A DNA stretch of 32,472 bases from Intoshia linei (taxonomy: Eukaryota > Animalia > Orthonectida): the NCBI GenBank assembly GCA_001642005.1, contig LWCA01000319.1, forward strand, positions 1 to 32,472, written 5' to 3'. Within the stretch, counting starts at the first letter, position 1. Every line of letters starts with the position of its first letter. Below the pieces are notes generated by a model that saw only the letters and a list, made by a program, of their open reading frames with translations, did no database searches and had not been told where the DNA came from. This document shows positions 1-10,880 of this stretch, piece by piece. The translations under genes were made by a program, and so were the position numbers.

Positions 1-350
1 CAAAGACAACCCGTCCATTTATAAGGGGTAATCGTATAAAAAAATTAAAAGATTTACCGGTACAAAGTCCAGATTTAAATATTATTGAAAACATGTGAAA
101 AATTTGAAAAATACGGTTTATAAGCTACATCCAGTCAACTTAGAAGAACTATGGAGATATACACACGATGAATGGGACCGCATACCTCTAAAAACTTTTT
201 AAAGGTTTTTGCCCGAAGAATTATATCAATGATTAAAAATAAATAATGAAATAATAAATATTAGTAATTTTATACATATTTATCTAATATTTTTATTTAA
301 TTAGCATAATTAATTGCATTATTTTATAGGTGCCTAAGACTTATGTCGCT
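1..350 (+). mobile_element. Tc1/mariner transposase 3' remnant (pseudogenised), truncated by the window start
   Basis: 51-98 translates DLPVQSPDLNIIENM*, matching the Tc1 motif WPxQSPDLNPIENxW with W changed to TGA. It is followed by EELWRYTHDEWDRIP, typical of the Tc1 C-terminus. Frameshifts and stops are present. gtgcctaagactt near 330 resembles a Tc1 terminal-repeat segment. Confidence 0.8.
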
Positions 351-997
351 CGGAATTTTAAAATTTTAATTAAAAATACCTATATTTCATTAATTATTAA
401 ATATTTTTATAGTTTTTACGTTTTTAGGGTTGTAAGTATAATTTGATTGTTTTTAAGATCATACACTCATTGTTTAATAAACTAAAAAGCCAGGACTTGG
501 GAGAGCTAGCTGCTGTTTGTATCAAGTACATAACATTAATAAATTTCACAACACATATACTATTCTACTTGTAAAATATACAATGTATACTACATATCCG
601 CCATTGACAAACAAACTATGTTTGTATAAACTATTATAAACTTTAATTGTAAAAGGCTTATACTTATAAGCTATTAAATATTGAATTAAACAAATGTGTA
701 TTGATTTACATCATGAAATACTAATGATAAAACAAACGAAGTTATTATACGAAACTATTCATTAAATTATGCACATAAGACGTAATTATATAATAAATTA
801 ATAATATTTTAGTTTTTGTATGAAATTTTTAAAATGGCAAGCGTCTCGGCAAAAAATTCTCCAAAACATTTTTTTAGTGTATCCATAAAACTGTCATACG
901 CGACTTTATCCGTTCTTGCACCATAAAAAATACTAAAATTCACACCCCTAACTTACATGTATGTAAATCTGTTAATTCGTTTTTTTTTAATTTAGTT

Positions 998-1708
998 CAG
1001 TGGTTCCCAAACTTTATCCACAATAGACCACTTGTCACCAAAAAAATGTGTGTGGACTACATAATTTTTAAAAAAATCCCCTTAATCCTGAACACGTCAC
1101 TATAATATTTACATTTCTTTATTATACATTCCTCCGTAAATCGAAAATTTAACATTAATTTTGACATGGTAGCTCAATGGCGTAATTAAAAAAATTATTA
1201 ATTTCAAACATAATTATGGTGAACTACCAGTGCTGAACCTACCGTATCTGAGACCCTTCTACCGATGGATCTCAACGATAAATTTTTAAGATGGGGCTTT
1301 AATTTAAAATTTAAATTGTCAACCCAACAGTCTTAAGAGGTGGATAGGGTTATATGACATTATAATTCGTTTACAATTTTTTTAAGGGGCTATTTTTAAT
1401 TTTGGAGTGGCGACGAGCTTGCTAGGTTCGGTTCTGAGAACAACTATCGAACTAAATTAATCGTTACATAGATTAAATTTAAGGCACGTGAAAATTATTC
1501 ACGTTATTCAGTAAATTTTCACTTCATTTTTATAAAATGATATTTACGTTCATTAATCATAATAAATGATCGATAATCATGATATTCTAATTTACATTAA
1601 TTAATTACTGTTAATACTATTGTTTAAAAAAAGGTTATCTTCATTTTATTCAAAATTTTTCTTGTGGACCACCTAGAATTTTTTGTGGGCCAACTTTAGG
1701 AACCACTG
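998..1708. mobile_element. Non-autonomous hAT (Charlie/Buster-type) MITE
   Basis: TIRs cagtggttcc (998) and ggaaccactg (ending 1708). 8-bp flanks atttagtt / gtttagtt (7/8 identical, central TA). 998-1270 is homologous, in reverse complement, to 22170-22429. Confidence 0.85.
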
Positions 1709-1722
1709 GTTTAGTTCGTTCG

Positions 1723-2897
1723 TTAAAGCCGTTTTTCTGAAAATATTTGAAAAAGATTAAGAACGACAGACTAAATAAACAAAAAATATTACGCTCAGAG
1801 ACTTTTTTTACGCTGTTTGTTGATAAAGTATTGTAGGTTCTCTTTTTCGTATCCAAACATTTTGGATTATCTACATTTACCCAATCACTCAAACTAAAAA
1901 TAATAGAAATAAAACTATGAACGTTTTACTCCAGAAATTCTACACTCTTTTGTTCAACATATGCGTCCATTTTGTAACAAAGGTAAAAATTTCCAATTAA
2001 CCTAAAACAACATAAAATTTATAAAATTAGATTTACCCAGCAGTATAGTATCCTAAAGGAATGTCAATTTTATTTGACAACAAAATTACATCAGTTACAG
2101 CATTTTTAGCGTGATCAATAAAATCATACCGAAGATAAATTTGTTTCTTTTTAAATACCTTTTCTACTAAATTATTGAGTAAATAATATACTTTAAAAAT
2201 ACTTGTGTCTTGAGTTGTAGCAAGATGTTTATATCCGTAATGTTGCTTTTCTTCACTGATTATAATTGAAGTTAATACAGTCTCCTAAATATAAATGATA
2301 ATAAAACGTGTAGCATTTTTTAGTCAAAGGAGTAAAATGATCAGATTTGTTTTATTAGCGAATTAAATTTAAAACGCTAATTCCCATGTTATCATTCTTT
2401 AAATAGAGGTAATTTAAGTTACATAAAGTTTTTGATTTTTTGTTGTAAAAAAAATAATTCTTGTTTAGACCATAAGTTACCGATTTGGATCTTTTAATGC
2501 ATATACACCTTGTCGTATTTTTAAATAACCCAGAAACGACTGTACATGCGTTAACACCAGTATCATGTGTATTGATTATCTAAATTTTAAGATTATAAAA
2601 ATTAAATTTAGACAAAAAATTAGTTAAATTAGTGTTGTATACAAGTTTTTAATTATTGGCTAACAGATAAATTGTAATAATACACCTTTATCATTCTACC
2701 ACAGAAAATTTACATTTGTTACATAATTTCGTACAAATGGGAAAATTCAGCTCAAACGATCATTTGATATAATTTTAAAATTAGATAAATCATACTGGAA
2801 TATAATGTATTGGACAATTATTGACATTGGCGACTATAATAAAATCATAAATGAAATTTGTCTTGATTTTAGGTGCTGTAGTTGAACCAATTTCCAT
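1723..2897 (-). CDS. MVB12: Multivesicular body subunit 12 (MVB12/FAM125, MABP domain; ESCRT-I), spliced
   Basis: Predicted exons 2897-2796, 2579-2481, 2284-2203, 2166/2163-2037, 2001-1930, 1893-1812 and 1770-1723. They give IYDFIIVANVNNCPIHYIPIINTHDTGVNAC..SGLFKNTTRCICIKRS..LATTQDT.EKVFKKKQIYLRY..AVTDVILLSNKIDIPLGYYTAGLIGNFYLCYKM, which is collinear with the MVB12B MABP domain (GLFKSKVTRYLC, DTQEVAFRKKRLC, AICDI, GELNSMGIWYRM). The last exon and stop are the least certain part. Confidence 0.8.
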
Positions 2898-2966
2898 AAA
2901 ATTAATTTAAATTTATAAAAATATAAATGTAATAACTATAACAACATATTTATGTTTTAAATAAAT

Positions 2967-3662
2967 ATGGTTCGTTTGAAAAAAAGGTAAATTTGAAAAT
3001 GTAAATATTTAAATTTTATAACATTACATTATATTAATTACATTAGATACTTTTTGTGCAATTTCCGAGAATGTAAACAAAATGTAAAGATTCGAAAAGA
3101 TGATTTACTCAAATCTTTGAAATATGATATACGTCAACGATTTGGAATTGCCACCCTTGTTCAAATGAACAACTTGCATGGTTTTTTAAAAAATTCAATT
3201 ACATTTGGTCATTTAATTAAACATCTACAATTTATTCAAAAAACGAAATTGTGGTTTGTATCTAATCTTAGAATTTACTTGATTAAATTAATTTTTTCGT
3301 GGTATTTAATGATCATCCAAATGTTTTTGTTCGTTTATGAATCACTGATTTAATTTCTAGTTTAGTCAAATATTTCAACCAAGAAACCAATACATTGATT
3401 ATAGCTTGTCCTAGGTCGCACTCTAATGAACTTGAACAAGTTTTGACCAATTTTATTATGGATTCAACCAACCTGAAAATAAAAGTTATTCACATTTCTG
3501 GAACTATTCGATCATCCGAAAAAAAATTAATACTGTATATTAAAAATTCCCTTAGACGCGCTTATTATTTTTCCAATTGTGAAGGTAACGTTTTTTTATT
3601 TTCTATAATAACGTATAGAGGAAAAAAGAAGTATATTGGAACAAATGGAATCAATATTTTAA
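2967..3662 (+). CDS. POP5: RNase P/MRP protein subunit POP5, spliced
   Basis: Exons 2967-2986, 3047-3180, 3366-3584 and 3619-3662 give MVRLKKRYFLC...VKYFNQETNTLIIAC...VIHISGTIRSSEKKLI...SIF*. This matches the POP5 motifs MVRFKxRY, VxYxN and HVxGTIR. All splice phases are consistent. Confidence 0.9.
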
Positions 3663-3687
3663 TATTTTTACAATGTACATAAATTGT

Positions 3688-6025
3688 TTAAAACCCATAT
3701 TTCATTTTTGCGAAACGTTTGTTTTCTTTGCTTTCTGACCATTTGTTTTTTAACACGACTTCATTGGCTTTGGCCTAAAAGTAATTAATATTGTTTATTT
3801 TTAAAATACCTGGGCCGCTAAATACGTAATTTGATGTTTTCTCTTTCCAATTTTATTTTTACCCATAGCAGATTTAGCTATGCTACCTGGAATAGCTTGT
3901 TCCATACTATAATTTTTAATTCTATTGATGTAATCATCTCGGTCATCAGCGGCTATATCCATAACATCATATTCTGGAACCCCTTCTTCCTGGAGTATTT
4001 TTTCCGTGGCGGTTAACTAAAAAATCAAAGTTAAATGATAAAGAAATTCCCTAAATTTGCGTTGGTTTTTATTTTCATTTTTAATGGGGTAGTAAGAATA
4101 AATCATACTTTAAAGCAGTGGTTCCTGATTGGATACACAACTATCAGCCCGAGGGTCCGTAAAATTTAAATAAAAATTTTAATCAACTTTTGTTTATTTT
4201 TACATTATAATTTTTAATAAATATTATTGCCAGATGTTGGGAAGCATTTACTGTTCGAAGGCAGAACTAGCGTCTCAAAAAATTTTAATAAGGCCGCACC
4301 TTTCTAAATAAACTTAGTCAAATACAGGAGTGCTTCTCATGGAGTGACTGGTCACCTCACGCAGAAGCGGATCCAAGAGGCTAGTTAATGAGGTGCGAGC
4401 GAAGGGAGCAATATAGATAACATTTCCCTAAAGCGAAAAAAATTTTAGGCGCGTCTCTTTTAATATCAAGACGTCTAGTTTAATTTTAAAGCGTCTCTTT
4501 TAATTTCATTTAAAGGTTGTTATACAGTAGTTTCCAAATTTGTATTTTTTCGCAAAAATAAAAAAAATGATCGGCACAAAAAAAAGAGAAATTAATTTTG
4601 TTATTTAAATAATCCTAAATCAATTAGGTCCAGTCTTTTTAAATGAAGTATTGTAAATTCATTAACCAACATTAATTAAAAATTTAGAGGTGCAACTGCA
4701 CCTTCTGCACCCCTTGAATCCGCCCTGCCAAGGGGTGAATACGAAAATTTTAGATAATTGCGAGTGAATGATACATTTTTAGCATATTTTATTCAATTTA
4801 ATAAAATCTTATGAGAAAAAACAAAAATTTTACCAACCCTTAACGAAAAAATCCCGCTATTATCTTATCCTATAAGAAAAAACCGCTTTAACCAATATTT
4901 TTTTGAAAATCCCATTTTACCAAAAAGCAATATTTTAACGTAAAATAAATGTAAAAAATAAAATAATTCAAGTTGTTCAGAAGGCCGCACCAAATCGTCA
5001 ATAAGACCGCATTTTCCCCACCTCTGGCTTAGACGATCGCTAGATTAATAGTTCAAAAATACATCTAATCAAAATCCAATTTTACCAATCCTTAAGGGAA
5101 AAATCCCCTTTTCCAATTTTTTTTATAAAAATACAATTTTACCAAATCTTATGAACAACTATTTAATCCAAAATACAACTTTACCAACCCTTAATGGAAA
5201 AATGCACTTTTCCAATATTTTTTTCAAAAATATTTCGATAGATACTTTACTACTAAAACTACCAGAAAGCAACGCAACTTCATGTTATCTAAAAATATAA
5301 TTTAATCTTTCGACAGTGATTCAAACGTTATGGACATTACTTAGTGTCCAATTAAGTGAACAATAGTAGTTATTGTATTAACAAAACCGTGGTAGTAATA
5401 TAAAATGGTAGAAATAAGTGTAAATTACCTCTGTTTTGTCGATATTGGGTTGTTCAATAAAAACAGGTCCAACAAAAGTATTTTCATTAACAGCTTTATT
5501 ATTTGTACGAGTTTCAACACTTTCGTATTCATCAAAGAAAGATCCAGATTTTAGATATTCAAATTCATTATCATCGTCAGATTCTGAGCTATTTTCCATT
5601 TCATCCAACAATATTTTAAAATTTTTTTGAGGGTCAACAGGTTCTTTAGTATTCATTTTATTTTTACGTAGAACGTATGGCTTGAATAATTTCGTTTTTT
5701 CTTTATTAATTATAGAAAGCGTATTTTTCCTAGTGTCATTTTTTGCTTTAGGTAATATTGACAATAACGAAGTGTCATAATTTGTGTTTTTATGATTAAT
5801 TTCAGTTTTTTCGTTTTTAAGATTGCATATATATTCATCGTATTCTTCATCAGAGTTTTCATCTTTTAGTTTTTTAGATAAATCAACATATATTCTCTTG
5901 GTGCCAGGTTTTTTAATTTTACATTCGTTGGGTGTTTTTGATTTGAAGGATATGATAGTTTCCTCAACAGGTTTTTTATCTTTCACAAATTCATTTGAAG
6001 AATCACTCTGATAATCAACCAACAT
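3688..6025 (-). CDS. PRCC: Proline-rich mitotic checkpoint control factor PRCC homologue, spliced
   Basis: Exons 6025-5429, 4050-3810 and 3774-3688. N-terminus MLVDYQSDSS (compare MSLVAYASSD) and internal LLSILPKAK. C-terminus GKRKHQITYLAAQAKANEVVLKNKWSESKENKRFAKMKYGF* is the diagnostic PRCC C-terminal domain. Confidence 0.92.
4116..5230. repeat. Nested decayed MITE/repeat cluster in PRCC intron 1, including a degenerate ~30-bp tandem unit
   Basis: hAT-like end cagtggttcc at 4116. Imperfect inverted pair cagaagcggatccaag (4362) and cttgaatccgccctg (~4727). hAT-like end ccccacctctg at 5026. Repeated ttttaccaa(c/t)ccttaa..gaaaaatccc units over 4820-5225. The motifs gccagatgttgggaa and cttagacga(t/c)cgcta recur at 24487-24530. 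Confidence 0.65.
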
Positions 6026-6348
6026 TATATTCCAAATCAAAAAATATATTTCATATTAAATTACGTAGGTTACCTATTTTAACCTGATTAGAGGTATACA
6101 TGGTAACTTGATAAGTTTAGTAAAAATTTTAAGTTTATTCTAAAACTATCTCAAATTGGTCAATTCATTCTCATGGTATCCCTAATCGTTACATGGTTAC
6201 TGGAATTGTAAGTTACACTTTGTAATTGGTATACGATTTTAATATGCTGCTTTCATGCAATAAAGTATATACTTGATAGCAGTGAGTCGCGGCGATATGT
6301 TGTTCACTAGGCTTTACGACGTAAAGTTTACGTGTTACTTTGTTTTAA

Positions 6349-6389
6349 ATTTTTTTTTTTTTTTTTTTTNTTTTTTTTTTTTTTTTTTT
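6349..6389. repeat. Poly(T) tract of about 40 nt containing an N
   Basis: Seen directly in the sequence. The N suggests a contig join or a homopolymer of unresolved length. Confidence 0.9.
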
Positions 6390-6773
6390 AGAAACTAAAT
6401 CAAGTCAAAATTACACTAGAATCTAGATTAGTAACTAGATATCATAATTTGACACATTAATATAATTGTAATTTTAATTATCTTTATCCACCCCACTGAT
6501 CTGACCAAACGATTCTTTAAATTTAATTTAAAATAAAGTTAAAGCAGTTCAATCCTAAAAATTGTCATAAATATATTGAAAAAAATATTATTTGATAAGT
6601 TTAATTTAGAGATTTTGTTTACTAATTTTTATACAAACACTAGATTATAGTTATAAAAGTACAAATAAAACAACATGGAAACAAAATAACAGGAATTTAA
6701 AATCCAATAAAATTGTTACACGTTGGTATAAGGTTTTATATTGCAAAAGCACTGTATTTTTCATTTAATTTTT

Positions 6774-9700
6774 ATGAATTTGTTGAAATTTCAATCGATT
6801 TCATGTATTTTGATTCAGTGTTTAGTGTATGTGCTAAGTAAGCAAGTAGTGAACCTTTATGAGATATTAGGAATAGACTCTGATGCAACCCCACAGCAAA
6901 TACGAAAAGCATTTAAAAAAAAAGCTATAATACACCATCCAGACAAGAAAGAGGTATTCATATAAAACGATTTTATTTGTCATAAAATTTAAAATAAAAT
7001 TAGGCTAATTTGAATGAAAACAGTAAAGATGAAAACAAGGCTTCCGAGCATTTCCAAGAAATTAATCGAGCTTATGAAATCCTTAAAAACCCCAAACAAC
7101 GTGAGATTTATGATCGATTCGGAGAAGAAGGTTTAAAGGAACACGAAAAAATGGGTAGTGGCCATTGGAATTATCATGGCGATATGGGATTATACGACAA
7201 TGACGAAGAAATTATATCAATTGATGAAAACGAATTTGAGTTAAATTCCTTCGAAAAAGATATTTGGATTGTCAAGTATTACTCTTCTCAATGTTCGAAA
7301 TGTAAGGATTTCGCGACAGATTATCGTCGGCTAGGCCAAGAAATGTATCCGGTAGTGAATGTTGCAGCTATGGATTGTTCCGAAAATCAACAGTTTTGCC
7401 AAATAAAAGAAATTCAACATCTTCCAACGATAATACTTTATCCTGACGATATCAAATACTCTGGAGAATTGTCGTACGACGCCGTATATGAATTTGTACT
7501 CAAACATTCTGCTAAAAACAAAAAAATATGGAAAGATTACCAGTTTATCAATCATATCGAAAAAACTGCAAATAAAAGATGCCTCGTTAGTTTTTGTAAA
7601 GATGATTGTATCTCTACAAAACACTTGAAACTTTTATCTTCCAAATTACATAATATTTTAACTGTTGGTACCGTTGATTGTTATCAAATTCCAGAAAAAT
7701 GTGACGTTGCTGCAGACAGTACTAATGATATTGTATATTATGAAAATTGCTTTCAAAGTTATGCGCATAATTTTGGGAATATTGCTTCAATTCATTCCAT
7801 TTACATGTCTATTATTATTCATTTACCAGATATTAAAATGTTTGACAATCAAGATGTTGAGGTTTTATTTTAAATAATAGTTATTTATTAATTTAGCAAA
7901 TTTTTGATTCTAATCCTAATGAATTTGACCACGTTATTTATCTTTACGATGATGAATACAAAATAGATGACAATTTTAAAGTGTTTGCTGAAAATATTAA
8001 AGATTTAAAGGTACGTAATTATTATAATAAATATATATTTTATTTTTAGATGGGTCGAGTCGAGTGTAAATCAATAGGAGACTTATGTAGCAAATTAGCT
8101 GAACATGCTTTGCCTGCTTGGATATATATCAGAAAAGATGGTGCATTTGAAAGACATTATGGTAACTCGTAAATTATCATTATATCAAAATGTAATGCAT
8201 AACATCAATACTAAATACGAACACTCAAATTATAGGTTTGAGCACTATGGGTATTCTGCTTGGGTTACTTAAATTTTTTAATGATAAAATGGATTTTTTT
8301 GCTTAGAATCCACTTTTCAACCTCGAAAACTTGCATATTTACAGTCAAAACCACAAATTACCCATTATTTTCGGAAATACTATAAAAAAATAGATGTAAT
8401 CCCAGACGTCCATTTTCTAGAGCAGAGTTTCTCAACCGAGGGTGGTAGCACTCTAGGGCTACTAGAATTAAATGCAAGGTTTACTTTATACACATTTTAA
8501 TTAAATTACTATATATAAGTAAGAATTTAGTTAAAAATGTATCTCTGTTTGTTTACACTCATTCTCTAATAAATTAAAAAATTTAAAATCTGTATCAGAG
8601 TGTATATTTTTTTAAATTCTCGAACCCATTTGATTTTGAAAAAAAGGGACAATTTGGCTTTTTGACTTATAAGATGTGAGTTTGGGAGATTAAAATTTAT
8701 TTTGCTAACATCCCGTAAAAAACTAATTAAAATGTGGACTTTATAAAATTTAAAGAGTGGTAGTTATTGAAATAAACGGTAACACACCAAATATTGCATA
8801 GTTAGTATGGTATTAGTAGATGTTATATAAGTAAGGAAGTAAAAGATTAAAATTATATTGTATTGTTTTTTTTAAAAATGTTTAAAGTTTGTAGTAAATA
8901 AGTCGAAGGGTTAATACTATTTATGGCGCACTAGTACGCCGCGGTGTATGGATTAGGAATGACTGGTCTAGAGCGACATAATTATCGATTATACTAATTT
9001 ATCATATGATTGATTTTAAAATTGGGTGATAAAAAACTGTATTATAAATACATTTTTCACCAAGTCCCCAAAAGATGTAACCGATTGAGAACCTTTTAAG
9101 TCTGAAATGAATTTGAATTTAAATAACTAATTGTGATTTTAATTTAAAATTTAATTATTATTGTATCTCCAAATATAGCTTGAGAATTTGATAACAAATT
9201 GATATTTATAAGATTTCGCACGAGAGAAATTTAAAACATGTTATGTATTATGTCATTGTGATCTCAGCCAAACCTCCCACCATGAAAATTCTCTAACATG
9301 AAAACTAAGATCTCTAACAAAATTTCGCAAACGATGCGTAGAGTCCTATAACCCTAACCTCCTCTCCAAGGACTTTGATTTGACATTTTAAATCAAAACA
9401 CGTAAAATAATCATGATATTCAAGATTATTTTGCTCAATTTGAAAAAATGAGGCTCTTATTTTACAAAAATTTCGATTTTAATTTAAATAAAGTAAATCA
9501 ATAAGTAGATAAAATAAAACTATTTATTTAGGTAAATCCAACGTACATGATTTATCTCAATTCATTGAAGTGGTTTCCGAATCCAGCGTATTAGCAGTAT
9601 CGGATGATTATTTTAATAATAATGTCATAAATTCTAAAGACCAAAATATAATTTGGGTAGTAGACTTTTTTTCACCGGCGTGTGCACCCTGTATGCGATT

Positions 9701-10826
9701 TTTGAAAACCCTTCGTAAATATTCATCTACAAAACGAGATAATTTGAAATTTGTCAGTTTGAATTGTATGAAATACAGAAATACATGTTCTAACAACGGA
9801 ATTAGATCCTACCCTACATGTGTAATTATGACCGCCAATAAAGCACCTATATATGAAACTGGATCTAAATCAGAAAGTGAATTGGATGATTTCATAGAAG
9901 TATTTTAATTCTATATATTTTAGCTTTATCTAGTACCTTTTAGTTTGCATTAAACCCAGTAATTTTAACACTCAACGAAGACAACATATCGAGATTGCTA
10001 AATAAACCAAAAGATGAAATGTGGCTAGTGGATTATTATATTCAGGGATGTCCTCCTTGTCAGATGATGATGTCAGAATGGAATAAATTGGGAAAATATT
10101 ATAAATCTAAAGAAAAGATAATAGTAGCCAAGATTGATTGTAGTGAGAATATGTACATTTGCAATAAAATGTCAATTTATTCATATCCACATATAGTTGG
10201 TTACCCAACTGGTTCTAAAGGAACGGATAAATCTAGGTTTTTATTTACTTTTCATTCTACAACTTTTTAGTCAATACAATGAAAACTGGAGAAATGCTGA
10301 TGCGTTCATAGCATGGTCTTCTCAATTTAGAGAAAGTTTCGTGAAAAGTGTGGACCAAAAGTATTTTAATAAAAAAATCTTGAATTCAAAGACTCCCCAC
10401 ATTGTTGATTTTTATGCGTCATGGTGCAGACCCTGTAATATGTATGCGCCAAAATTTAATGATTTGGCAGAGGTAATTTCCGAAAATTGTTTGTTTATTT
10501 ACATTCAATAAATTTAGGAATATAGGAACAACAAAATTAAATTTGTCAAAATCGATTGTAATATTCACGGTACATTTTGTAATTCAGTTGGAATCGATTC
10601 GTATCCAACAATTCGATATTATTCAGAGAAAACAAATGTATATTCTACATTTTATTTTCATGTCTTAATCTAATTTAGAACAATTTTGGAGTAAACTTCA
10701 ATAACAGAGATGTACCGTTTTTGAGAAATTATATAGAAACAAATATTAAACCTAAGGCTATACCAAAACACGTAAATTTAACAATTTCTAGTATAATTGT
10801 ATTTTTAGTATAGAGACGAGCTGTGA
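6774..10826 (+). CDS. DNAJC10: DnaJ homolog subfamily C member 10 (ERdj5): ER J-domain protein with four CxxC thioredoxin domains, spliced
   Basis: Exons 6774-6953, 7004-7861, 7897-8010, 8050-8161, 9532-9899, 9943-10236, 10271-10472, 10518-10637, 10679-10771 and 10809-10826. Signal-peptide-like N-terminus, J domain (LYEILG...HHPDK...YDRFGEEGL), CxxC motifs CSKC, CAPC, CPPC and CRPC, and C-terminal RDEL. Confidence 0.95.
8423..8965. mobile_element. hAT (Charlie-type) MITE in DNAJC10 intron 4
   Basis: Ends cagagtttctcaacc and gattaggaatgactg. 8-bp TSD ttctagag / gtctagag (NTCTAGAN target). Internal 8592-8777 is homologous to 13005-13200. Confidence 0.75.
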
Positions 10827-10880
10827 ATCACAAGATTTATCAAATATTTTAAATTAGTAAATCTTTAATTATTCAATTAT

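Noticed and set aside
809-947. Minus-strand open frame GVNFSIFYGARTDKVAYDSFMDTLKKCFGEF... as an MVB12 last exon or a gag fragment
   Set aside because: I found no phase-compatible splice path, a simpler MVB12 ending exists at 1770-1723, and the similarity is too weak to call.
4820-5225. Semi-regular ~30-bp repeats as a CRISPR-like array
   Set aside because: The units are degenerate, have no unique spacers, lie in a eukaryotic intron and recur in a dispersed TE-like family.
9347-9362. taaccctaacct as telomeric (TTAGGG)n
   Set aside because: Only about two units inside an intronic repeat-like region, so not an array.
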